Shown here: one piece after another, positions 37,352 to 47,026 of the stretch
How the letters are laid out: each line of letters opens with the position of its first letter
Position numbering within the stretch: position 1 is the stretch's first letter
From: Botryllus schlosseri
Taxonomy: Eukaryota
NCBI GenBank assembly: GCA_051294905.1
Contig: CM119383.1
Span: 5,456,001 to 5,520,000, forward strand
DNA: 64,000 nt
Reading direction: 5' to 3'
Made by a program: the position numbers and the translations under genes
Notes under the pieces: model-generated
What the model was told of the DNA's origin: nothing
Seen by the model: the letters and a program-made list of their open reading frames with translations, nothing else
Databases searched by the model: none

Positions 37352-38303
37352 ATCCCAACCAGCGTACTAAATACTGTTCTCGTCCCGCGCGTTTACGCCT
37401 TCTTATAATCTTCTCGACACGCCAAGCTTGCGGTTCTTTTACGCGTTGGAGCTCCTCTCTATAAAATCTACCCTGGATGACTTCACCACCGTAATCACGT
37501 AAGCGATACATTGGGGGATCCCCCTTTTGGGCGTCTGCGATATAGAAAATTTCGCGTTGCCAGTTGGGTAGGCTGCTTTTCTCAAAAAGATTTCGAATTT
37601 TCGATATACGGACGGGTACTCCTACAGCGAGGTCGGGTTGTTTAGCTTCTTGAAACCCGTAAAGTCTTCTCCAAACCGATTCCTGATTAGACGAATTCAC
37701 TTGGTTGGGGGCCATAGCAATGCTACGATGGTACGTCCTGTTGTAGGAGTAAGTAAAGTCATCGAGGACGTTCACGTAATACCTCGTGTTATTTTTTGTG
37801 AAAAATCGATACATAATCGCTTTCATACTACGAATCACCCTTTCGACGACAGACGATTTTAATTCGCTCCTCGTATAGAAATATCTAACTTTGTTCTCCT
37901 TTAGATAGTTCTGGAAAGAGCGATTGGTATATTCGCTACCTTGATCGGTTTGTAACACTAACGGTACGCGTTCACGAAACACACGTTTGAAAGCAGAAAT
38001 CATACTTGAAGCAGTTTTATTTTTAATCGCTATCATCCAAAGGTATTTGCTAAAAATATCAATCACCACCACCACAAAACGAAAACCGCTATTGTACTTT
38101 GAAATAGATTGCAGATCCATCAAATCGCTCTGAAACTGAGCATTGATACCGGAGACCACTACACGTTCACGCCTAAATTTCTTACGTAACGGAAAATGAA
38201 AAGTATAAGTATCTTGTCCTTTAAGCCATTCTTTTTCCTTTTGCAAATAAGCGCCCCTATACGATTTGGGCTGTTTCGGATCAAAATAGTCTACGTCTCC
38301 CAT
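37305..38303 (-). CDS. Retroviral-type (rve) integrase with C-terminal chromodomain
   Basis: QSDLMD, VIDIFSKY, LQTDQGSEY, SSVVERVIRSMK (DDE); chromodomain WRVEKII...YLVRWLGYGSGFDSWV; intact. Confidence 0.95.
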   Translation of the reverse strand: MGDVDYFDPKQPKSYRGAYLQKEKEWLKGQDTYTFHFPLRKKFRRERVVVSGINAQFQSDLMDLQSISKYNSGFRFVVVVIDIFSKYLWMIAIKNKTASSMISAFKRVFRERVPLVLQTDQGSEYTNRSFQNYLKENKVRYFYTRSELKSSVVERVIRSMKAIMYRFFTKNNTRYYVNVLDDFTYSYNRTYHRSIAMAPNQVNSSNQESVWRRLYGFQEAKQPDLAVGVPVRISKIRNLFEKSSLPNWQREIFYIADAQKGDPPMYRLRDYGGEVIQGRFYREELQRVKEPQAWRVEKIIRRRKRAGREQYLVRWLGYGSGFDSWVDKKDIV

Positions 38304-38629
38304 TCTTTCCCGTATATACGGGGATTAGGCTTACGCTGTCTCTTATAAAGCCAGGGAAACGAAGGTTGTGGAATCCGGCGCGGGCGTTTCTTTTGCGGGC
38401 GCTTTTCTTTCGCTACGGGGCTCGCGAGCCCCGTGTGTGCGGCGGGAGGGCGGGTGGTCGCTGCGTCTACGTCTTTTCTCAGGTTTCTCAGTTGAGCAAT
38501 ACCATGCCTATACAGAGCTAGTTTCTCGGAAGCATTCAATTGAGAGCTTTTAATTTTCGATATATGTTTATCAAATTTCTTTTCCCATTCGTCCTTGCTT
38601 CGAAATGCGGGGAATTGTAGTTCACGCAT
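38291..38629 (-). CDS. Polinton hypothetical protein (112 aa)
   Basis: ORF overlapping both neighbours in the compact gene array; EKLALYRHGIAQL helix, basic C terminus. Confidence 0.65.
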   Translation of the reverse strand: MRELQFPAFRSKDEWEKKFDKHISKIKSSQLNASEKLALYRHGIAQLRNLRKDVDAATTRPPAAHTGLASPVAKEKRPQKKRPRRIPQPSFPWLYKRQRKPNPRIYGKEWET

Positions 38630-39029
38630 TCTTCCCGAAAAGTTTACCCAACAGACTCCCGATGACGGGGATTGCAGCGCCTAATATAGCTAAAACAGAC
38701 TAGTTAGAAAAAAGTTGCTATTTTATCATAATCTTTATACCTGAGAGGAATCCACCCTTTTGTAGCACCCTCCGTTGACCTCTGCGAGTTTTTTGCGCAA
38801 GCAATTGTCTGATATCGGATTTGTGTTTTCCAAGCCTCAACTTTCTAGATTGGGAGATACGTACTGTCCCCGAAGCCAAGTTATGAACGCACTGGCAGAC
38901 GCAACTTAAAAATTGATTGTTCGATAAAAGTTCTTTTCGCTGTTTCCCTTTAGCGTTTTTCAAAAGTTTTAATTTAACGTGATAGTCGCTCAATCGTTTT
39001 CGAGATATGTTACTTCCCCTCTTCGACAT
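38622..39029 (-). CDS. Polinton basic protein with QKGGFL motif; probable spliced gene join(38741-39029,38622-38689)
   Basis: Splicing GTATAA...CTAAC...TTTTAG (38690-38740) gives QKGGFLSAILGAAIPVIGSLLGKLFGKNA*; the unspliced frame stops at 38718. Confidence 0.75.
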
Positions 39030-39064
39030 GTTGAATGCCCTAAAATCTGCAGCGCGAGCTGTAT

Positions 39065-39682
39065 TTATTCTTGATATACCGTCAACTTTTGATGTGGGAA
39101 TATTTTGCTGCGAAGACGATAATTTTCGTCTGTCTCTTGCGTCACGTCAACCAGTATGTACGAGAACGGTTTTCGAGTTGCCTTTTTATAAGCCTCCGTA
39201 AGGAATCCGGCTTTATCCGGGAACATTTGACGTGAAAGAAAACTGATTTAACTCGCATCACGGGGATTTTTAAATATCACGATATAGCTCGCGCTCAAGG
39301 TCATATCCCGAAAGCCTTGGCCCCTATAGAAGAGGTTCTGACAAATGAACACCACGCTGATCTTTGCGTGATGACTGTATCGAGTGAATAGATCTCTGGC
39401 CTCTTTCGCTTCCGTCATCATGTCGTCGATCACCAAGAGAACGTGCCTATTTCCTTTCTGTAACTTTTTGAGCTCGGAGAGCCCTTGCGAGAATTCTACC
39501 CCTTTCATTTTATCGTACAACGCCTGATAATTATTATACAACCATACAATTTTTTCAGGAGCCGGTCTAATCATCTTCTCTGCGTTCTTCACCAACTCAT
39601 AAGTAAAATAACTCTTCCCGCTACTGCTCGGACCAGCCACGATCATCCGAAACGGAGCATGCAATGTACGTATTCGATCCAT
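39065..39682 (-). pseudogene. A32/FtsK-like packaging ATPase with in-frame premature stop at 39248-39250
   Basis: Walker A GPSSSGKS, Walker B LLVIDD, SHH, QN, FKNPRD; same frame after TAA reads ISFLSRQMFP...AYKKATRKPFSYILVD...RLRSKIFP. Confidence 0.9.
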
Positions 39683-39685
39683 TTA

Positions 39686-42600
39686 TTACAGAGATAAAGG
39701 CAATGTATGAATTCCATCATTAAGCACAATCCTTTTATAATAACCATAACTCAATGCACTTCGATATTGCTTATACGTAAACATATCGCTCCCATAGCAA
39801 CGAAAACCGCTATTGACACCACCTGTGATCGATCTATTTTGAAGAATGCCTTTGAAATCTTTGAAAGTTTTGTTGGCCGTTTTTTGAAGCCCTTTCGAGC
39901 TGTACTTATCGCTGTCGCCTTTGCAATAATAGGTCTTGGAATTGAGCCCTATAAAGCCGTCACCGATCCATTCTTCTTTGAATAAACCCGGTATACGTTT
40001 CGAGTAATTGCGAACCTCAATGCAGCAAGCTTTATCAGTTTTAAAACCAACGGGATCTCTCTCAAAATCACATTTATGCTCTGCACATGCGCGAGCCACG
40101 AACCATTTGTCGTGACTTTCAAAAAATTGTTTTTTCATGGAAGGCTTGATGAGAGAATAGATCGTATCGGAGCTTAAGCTTATGTACGCCGAATCAGTAT
40201 CTGTTTCGAGGAAAGCCCAATCGCTATCGTCCAAATACACATGCAGACAGTCATATAGGAACTGGAGCATTCTCAGCTTGGCACAGCAGAATATAAAGAA
40301 GCCCACAATGATTGGGTTTTCGTGACAAATGTTTAGCGGACGCGTAGCTACTTCGAGCAAGCCTTCATCGCTCTTATCAATTTCAACAGCATCGACAAAA
40401 AATTTTTTTTCAACGCGCGATGGTAATTCTTCCAACGTGACGTATTCGTGTTCCCTATATTTATTGGGGTTTTGAATAGTACGGCCGAAAAGACTATTTC
40501 CAATCGTCTTCCAGGTCAATGCTTCCATTTCACGGGCTGGATCTTTTGGGAGGACATCGCCTTTGCGGCGCTCAGAGGATACTCGCTCAACGAAGGGTGT
40601 GAAAACTTGTTTTGGTTCATATTCGACAGCTTGGAATACGCGAGTCACGATCATGCCACTTTTCAAGTACCACTGAAGCAAATCCGTATTAAACAACTGT
40701 TTTTTCGTGAAATAACTAGAGCCCAAAAATTTTTTTGGAAACTTAATATTGTTTTCTTTGGCGTATTCACGCATATGTTCACCGATATCGCACTCGTTTA
40801 CTTCCATATGTTTGAAAAAAGGAGGTAACTCTTCGAATTTCGATTTTAAATGGTCGGGACAATGAATGTCACACTCGATTGCACCGAAAAATGACCCGTC
40901 TAGCGTGCGCTTGAGCAACTGCGCCTCAGTGAGATAATAAGCTTTCGTGACTTTACGCTCGAACTTTGAGACAAATTGCGCAATTTCAGGGTCTCGTTTC
41001 ATATTCGTCCAAACGCATTCCTTCATACGGATAACGGTATATCCCAATTTTTCCAAATATTCCGTGTTTTGTTTGGTGAGTTCACGCCTCTCGGTGTTCT
41101 CTTTATCAGGGAAGCAGCTCCTACAAGCGTGGTAATAGCACCCATCGTACTGAAAGATGAGTTTACCGGCGTTCCCGTCGACAAATAGACGTTTATTTCC
41201 GATTCTCACTTGACTACCGTTCCACGCGTGCTGAATTTTGATGTCACGAACGTGACTTTCGTATTCCAACCATTCGCGCTCCGCATGAGTAGGCCAAACG
41301 CGCTGTTTATGGAATTTTTGCTTTTCCTCATCATAAATCCACCTTATAGGGTAACCCGTTGGCATATTTTGATTTATGCATTGCAAATAGAGGGCATTTG
41401 CGTCATATCCTACTACTTTCTTGACGGTTTTAGCACTGTCACCGTAGCGAAGACTGCGTATTTTCGTTTCACCCGCCATAGCGTACCGTGACTAATCTGT
41501 GACAAACCTCCTACCAAGTTGTTCAGAATCGTTTCGTGAAGGTCAGCATTGGCCTTATTCAGAAGAGTGATATCATAGCAATCACGAAACATCAGTCTAC
41601 TCGCTATATTCGGAAGGCTCACGTTACCCTTGAACATATCGATGCCAAGCGTTTTGTAAAATTCGAAATTGTTAGTTAGCGCGGTTAAGAAGCCAATGAC
41701 ATCACCTTCGTTGTAATATCGGAGAAAATCACGGAATGTGGTCATACCCTCGCGTTCCCATACAGCGACGCATTCTGCGTATTGCTCTTCCGTTATATTC
41801 GAATTGCGGGACGCGTTGTAAAACGATTCATGGCTCGGTAGCGACGTTTCATCGAGGCGCTCGATGCTATCGAGATATTCGTAGGGGAAATAAAATTTTG
41901 CGTTCACCCCATCCCCGTATAGCTTCATGTACGCATCCGAACTATAACCCGGACTCAGGAATAGCGAAATGTCCAGAAATTTTAATCTGTGCGTTGCGAT
42001 TGTCAAATAGGCGCTGTTCCTTTTCAAAACAAAGAATCCGCTTTCCTTGTGCAAGGATTTGATTAGATATTTCTTGCATAAATTCAGATCGTAGCGCGAG
42101 GAATTGAAACCGATTATGGGTATCTGATCGAGCCACGTATGGAGTCGAAGCGAGATATAATCCAAATAGGATCTTCTATTAGTGGGATCGAGCAAGTTCC
42201 GTTCTTCAATCAAATTCTCAAGTTCGATTATCTCATTGCCGAAAGATTCTCGCATTTCGGCTGAGGCGAGTTCCTGTACGCGATAAATTTCACCGATCAT
42301 TTCATCGATTAACGTCTGCGGGCAACCGTCAGATATGAAAGTTTTAGTTTCATTCGTTACGTTATTTGATAAGGACACGGAGACGGGGACGTGCCTATTA
42401 ACGTATTCTACTTTTGCAGAATTAGCTCTGAGCTCATCCTTCACGAGCATGGATTCGAAGTCAAAACACATACGGTACGGGAAGAATCTCTTTTGGTTCT
42501 CAACGAAAATGCCTTCGGATTCCAATTGCTCGAATACGGTGGGTTTCGGTCGATATACACCGCTAGCATATTTCCGCCCTTGGGATGTTTTGCATTCACG

Positions 42601-43563
42601 TTTTAGATGTCGCTTCAAATTTCCCTTTGTTGAGAAGAAAACTTTACATGAATCACAGAAAAATGTCTGGGAATAAAGTTCGATATTTGTGATCAGGCAA
42701 GAATGAGCACTTTCCATGTGTATATGAACCGCTGGCCCATCCGCTTCGGATTGCCGCAATATAAATGCTTGATGATCACGTTTTTCATAAACAACTATCT
42801 TTACGTGAAAACATTCCTCGAATTTGCTTAATTCATCAAGTGGTACCCCATCATCTACAGGCATACGATATCGTTCACGAAATTGAGATACCAATAGTCC
42901 AACATGCTTCTCATCTCGTTTTTTCTTGATGAAATGGGATAAGCAACGGAAGAGGCATAACGAATCGTTCAGTTGTGTTCCGTCCTGATGTCGAATAAAC
43001 GTCATAATATGACGACATTTTGTTGCCTCGCTCGATATCGATGCACTAGGGCAGCCCAATAAAACTCGGGGCATTTCATACAAGAAAAATTGAATATGTA
43101 ATATAGCAACGCAATAAAACTTAGTGTTTGGTCTGGCTTGTCTCGCTTGTTCGTAAGCAGCTGATAGATCGATTTCGTTGATGAAACTATCAAAGTCCCC
43201 GCGTGAAAGTATAGGTCTCGGGAGATCCAAAACAGCATGGGTTGATTGCGGATGAAAATAGCTATGTCTTTCTGTCTCTCGATTAAACAGCAGGAAGCCA
43301 TATGCATAGTTCACTTTAAATTGTCGCAATCTTCTCGGGTATATCGATGACATGCGCGCATGAATATCACCCATACCTCTTGCGAGCAGACGTTCATTGA
43401 TCACCTCTCTTGCACCCCTCGCAACCCTCCTGCTGTTAATCCATTCGGAATCGATAATCGAGTTGGAGTGCGATTGCAAAACCTCTGTTGCGTCGTTATC
43501 AAAACCGAGCGAGTCATCGATGATGAAGCTAGCATCTTCCTCGTAGCGTCTTCGACGAGCCAT
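39686..43563 (-). pseudogene. Protein-primed DNA polymerase B, single frameshift at ~41487
   Basis: Exo FDFES, GFNSSRYD, YNEGDV; pol YDANALY, KTIGNSLFG, ETDTDS, NSKTY; C2H2 finger in the N part; inserted QYDGCYYHAC nuclease-like domain. LVGGLSQISH joins RYAMAGETKIR by restoring one C. Confidence 0.93.
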
Positions 43564-43595
43564 ATATTTTAACTATATTCTGCAAAAATACACAT

Positions 43596-43967
43596 TCATA
43601 AATTTATTCCATATTTCAAACGCAATTTACACTTGAAAGCTTCATAAAGGAACAGAAATTTGATATTTTCTAAGTTACGCAGTTCATCAGCGTTGGGAGC
43701 AAATTTATCGATATCTTTAAGCACGTTTTTTGCTATAACGAGAAAATCTTTTTGCCATTCGCCATATCCTTCCAATGAGACCATTTTTCGCCAAGTAGCA
43801 ACTCTCTTGATATCATCATCAACGAAACCTTCAAAGGTAGCGGTCGTAGCATCTCGCGTACGTCTTGTGTCTCCCGCACCGTATTGTTGTAACAACATAT
43901 TTAGATCTTTACCACAATTATAAGGTTCCATATTAATCTGAGAAAACGAATTAAATATACCAGTCAT
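43596..43967 (-). CDS. Polinton orphan protein (~123 aa)
   Basis: ATG at 43967 overlaps the end of the upstream ORF; helical composition; no family recognised. Confidence 0.55.
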   Translation of the reverse strand: MTGIFNSFSQINMEPYNCGKDLNMLLQQYGAGDTRRTRDATTATFEGFVDDDIKRVATWRKMVSLEGYGEWQKDFLVIAKNVLKDIDKFAPNADELRNLENIKFLFLYEAFKCKLRLKYGINL

Positions 43968-45186
43968 TGTACTGCCGTTTGAGCTCATCGAATTTGGCGT
44001 AAAATTCACGTGCATGCACATCGTTTTCAACATAAGAGGAATCGCTCTCAAATTCGGAATCTGACGGTATGAATGTACGAGCAAATATATCATGTATAAT
44101 TTTACGGCGAGCATGCTTATTCATCTCAGGCAAGTAGGAAGGATAACACTGATTACCAAATCGGATAATCACTGTGCTAGATTGAAACATCCCTCCCAAA
44201 TTGCGTAACATAACATCACTACCATTCTGAATTTCAGATACGAGCCAAAACGACGACGGCTTTACTTGTCCGTAAGCGGACTGCAAATGATTGCGATGAA
44301 TGTACATAATAGCTTCTTGCAACATCTTGTTATCGAAAAATAGAGACCCGCAATTGCGCATCACTGAAATAGATTTCTCGGTACTGTGAAATTTGAATGC
44401 CTCTAGATTTGGATGAAAAGGATCTAGGAAGTTGGTGATATCGTCAGAGAGCAACAAATCGATCAATACTTCTTTCCCTGTTTGATTTTTACCTTCTATA
44501 AAGAAGTGGGGCGCAAAATATTTCTTATGCATATGGCCCTCCATTAGGGTGATGATGAACACAGCCCGGAGAAAATTAGGGCTCCGTTTTCGATCAACAA
44601 ACAACACCTCCTCGATATTCTGCTCGAGAGAACGGAAAAATAGTATACCGTCATCAATCGTAAGTAGAGGGTAATCCAAATTATAAATCAGACCATCAAA
44701 CTTTTCCTCGTCCAATACGTTATTAGCGATACGACGTCGCTTATTGCGAAAAGGGGACGAATAAACTCTCCATGGGGCGATGATCGGTGAGTGAGGCGGG
44801 CTTTGAGCGCTGGTCACAGCTGTCGAGTTATCAGTACTCTGCGGAGGCGTAAATTGAACACCAATTGGTAGTATGCTGTTATCAAAGTCGAGTCTGCGCT
44901 TAGGTTTAGGTTCGCTTGGTTCCGGTCGTGGTATACCGATATTGATTGGTGTCATCACGACAGCTGAGGGAGCCTCATCAGATTGCGCCACTGCCTCATC
45001 AATAATTGTTACGTCATCATCACTAGCTTCCGTCTCTTTACTCTTTTCAGCTGCAATCGTAACTTCGATCAATTCTGCATCGACATCGGAATCGAAATCA
45101 CCAATCGGTAATGTATCTGCTTGATTATCAGGAATCATAGTTGTTGATTCGCTAACTACGTCGTTTGCTTTCTCCATTGTCGACAT
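43951..45186 (-). CDS. 411-aa protein: acidic/Pro-rich N terminus plus possible degenerate SF3 (NS1-like) P-loop domain
   Basis: Long ORF with a TATA box 40 nt upstream; FFIEGKNQTGKE resembles Walker A. Confidence 0.7.
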   Translation of the reverse strand: MSTMEKANDVVSESTTMIPDNQADTLPIGDFDSDVDAELIEVTIAAEKSKETEASDDDVTIIDEAVAQSDEAPSAVVMTPINIGIPRPEPSEPKPKRRLDFDNSILPIGVQFTPPQSTDNSTAVTSAQSPPHSPIIAPWRVYSSPFRNKRRRIANNVLDEEKFDGLIYNLDYPLLTIDDGILFFRSLEQNIEEVLFVDRKRSPNFLRAVFIITLMEGHMHKKYFAPHFFIEGKNQTGKEVLIDLLLSDDITNFLDPFHPNLEAFKFHSTEKSISVMRNCGSLFFDNKMLQEAIMYIHRNHLQSAYGQVKPSSFWLVSEIQNGSDVMLRNLGGMFQSSTVIIRFGNQCYPSYLPEMNKHARRKIIHDIFARTFIPSDSEFESDSSYVENDVHAREFYAKFDELKRQYNDWYI

Positions 45187-45491
45187 CCTTTTTGCGGTAT
45201 AGTTTAGTTCGGATTCGAGCCTCTCTTATATAGTGAACTACATGCGCTTTGCACGCGGAGAGCGCGTGATTGTACTCGTGGCATTCTTACTAGCATTCTA
45301 ATTATTGATAACACGTACCAGGAACGGATATGAGCTACGTGTCTTTTTCTGTGAGCAGTCGACGTTCTAATTTCCGTGATACGACCTCGGGGCCTATCAT
45401 TCGATCGGTACCAAGCACATTTTTCAATGGTACATAGCTCAATATCTATATAAAGCATACTGATCATGAGAGTATATCAATTCGGATAGCA
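45187..45491. promoter_or_regulatory. Putative bidirectional promoter of the Polinton
   Basis: TATATAAG on - at ~45225-45232 and TATATAAA on + at 45447-45454, each ~40 nt from a divergent ATG. Confidence 0.6.
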
Positions 45492-46073
45492 ATGTCGAAC
45501 ATTGATCAAAGCGATTCGCTACCTAAGCGTAGTGTGGATCCTACAAATTACGCTACATTCAACTGCGCTTGCATCCGTACCACGAGTAGCATAGAAATAA
45601 GCGAAGATGAAACTCGGATGGGTCCCATTGAGCAGTACCAAGCTATGATAAATAACAGAGGGGAAAAGATTTATGAATGCTATGCGAAGCATAGAGATGT
45701 AACTGTCTCCCCGTTGAATGATCCTGTTTTCTATAACATGGTACGCTATGCTCGTAGACTAAGCACATTTATGCGGTGGCCGGATAATATCAATACCTCT
45801 GGAGCCGAGCTCGCAGACTGTGGATTGTTCTATTTGGGCTATAAGGATCATTTAAAGTGTTTCTCATGTGGAGGGCTGTTTCAAAATTGGTTGTCGTGCG
45901 ATGACCCCTGGCTCGAGCATGCAAAGTTTTATCCTACGTGTCCTTTTCTCATAAAGCGCAAGGGGTTGCAATATATTCGTAATGTCTGTTATGCGACACC
46001 TAATATAAGTAGAGGCTCGACTAAATTTGATGGCGAGGTGGAATTGCGTGATGACTGTTGTACTTATGTTTGA
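45492..46073 (+). CDS. Single-BIR-domain inhibitor-of-apoptosis-like protein, no RING
   Basis: RLSTFMRWP...LADCGLFYLGYKDHLKCFSCGGLFQNWLSCDDPWLEHAKFYPTCPFL with exact CX2CX16HX6C spacing. Confidence 0.92.
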   Translation: MSNIDQSDSLPKRSVDPTNYATFNCACIRTTSSIEISEDETRMGPIEQYQAMINNRGEKIYECYAKHRDVTVSPLNDPVFYNMVRYARRLSTFMRWPDNINTSGAELADCGLFYLGYKDHLKCFSCGGLFQNWLSCDDPWLEHAKFYPTCPFLIKRKGLQYIRNVCYATPNISRGSTKFDGEVELRDDCCTYV

Positions 46074-46089
46074 TATTTCTTTTCAAAGA

Positions 46090-46572
46090 ATGAGTCTAGC
46101 AATCCGTGGAGATACTATTCTGCCCCAAGGGCCCTATAGAAAAGACTTGTATCTTTTTAATGACATCACAAAATTACGTATCGAAGCCTCGAATGGGGCA
46201 GAATTGACCTCGGATCAACTCTTTGTACATTCCACTAACGGGACCATTCAGAAATATCGAGCCACTCTGAAGCATGAAGGAGGTTTGGTCGTTACCTATA
46301 CTCGCGACGGGATCGAGCATTATCAACCTCTGAACCCGGCTGACGAATTCGTCATCTATTCACCCAGCGTAGTTGTTCCTAATCCCGACCTTCCGCTCGT
46401 ATCGTACATACTACAAGCCAGTGATCGCTACATCAAACAAAACGGTCAGATCGAACGCAAGAACCCGGGTCGCAGCGTCGGATGGCAGCAAAGCGGTGTA
46501 CCTCGAAACATCAACCGATCTGGAGGATTTCAGCACGCGAATCGACGCAATAACGATCAACGATATCATTGA
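46090..46572 (+). CDS. Polinton orphan protein (~160 aa)
   Basis: ORF directly after the IAP gene, preceded by acceptor-like TTTTCAAAG and followed by AATAAA (46589); beta-rich N part, basic low-complexity tail. Confidence 0.6.
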   Translation: MSLAIRGDTILPQGPYRKDLYLFNDITKLRIEASNGAELTSDQLFVHSTNGTIQKYRATLKHEGGLVVTYTRDGIEHYQPLNPADEFVIYSPSVVVPNPDLPLVSYILQASDRYIKQNGQIERKNPGRSVGWQQSGVPRNINRSGGFQHANRRNNDQRYH

Positions 46573-46890
46573 TATGCTCTTTTTTCGAAATAAAATGAAC
46601 TCGTACACTATACAAGGCTATTTCAATGAGACTGAGTAAAGTGTTAGAAGATATGAAAAGGGTCGTATGAAATGCGGTGACTACAGGGATCGAGCCTACA
46701 ACCTAGAGCAAGATAGTTGGCTGATTCCTCTGTGATGACGTCGTGAAATCTAGTTCAACGATTAGTGTAGCGAGAATTCTTATTCTCAAAAAACAGCTTA
46801 GTACACATAATCATGATTATGTGGCAATGGGCGTTATATAGGCGGATGATGTGTTAATGGCCGCGGCTGATGACGTAGCAGATGATGTGA

Positions 46891-47026
46891 CAATGGGTGG
46901 ATGATGTGGCAAGGGGTGTCCCATAGGTGCGGCAATGGGCGGATGATGTGGCAATGTAGGCGTGGCAATTAAGGCGACGTGGCCTTCTGGGATTGGCCTG
47001 CGTATATTTGATCAACCCTCACTACT
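46891..47026 (-). repeat. Polinton right TIR (136 bp)
   Basis: Ends ...CCTCACTACT; see left TIR. Confidence 0.95.

Larger units (their letters stand above)
30129..47026 (-). mobile_element. Full-length Polinton/Maverick (adintovirus-like endogenous dsDNA virus), 16,898 bp
   Basis: TIRs 30129-30264 and 46891-47026 begin 5'-AGTAGTGAGG; 6-bp TSD GAAGCT (30123-30128, 47027-47032); pPolB, ATPase, integrase, capsid and protease gene set. Confidence 0.97.

Noticed and set aside
43596-44114. 172-aa version of the orphan ORF
   Set aside because: The first 49 codons overlap the 411-aa ORF; the ATG at 43967 fits the overlap pattern of the element better.
46670-46730. T-arm-like hairpin (GTAGG-CTCGATC-CCTGT on -) near the right TIR as a second Pol III gene
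   Set aside because: B box is imperfect and there is no convincing A box or T-run terminator.
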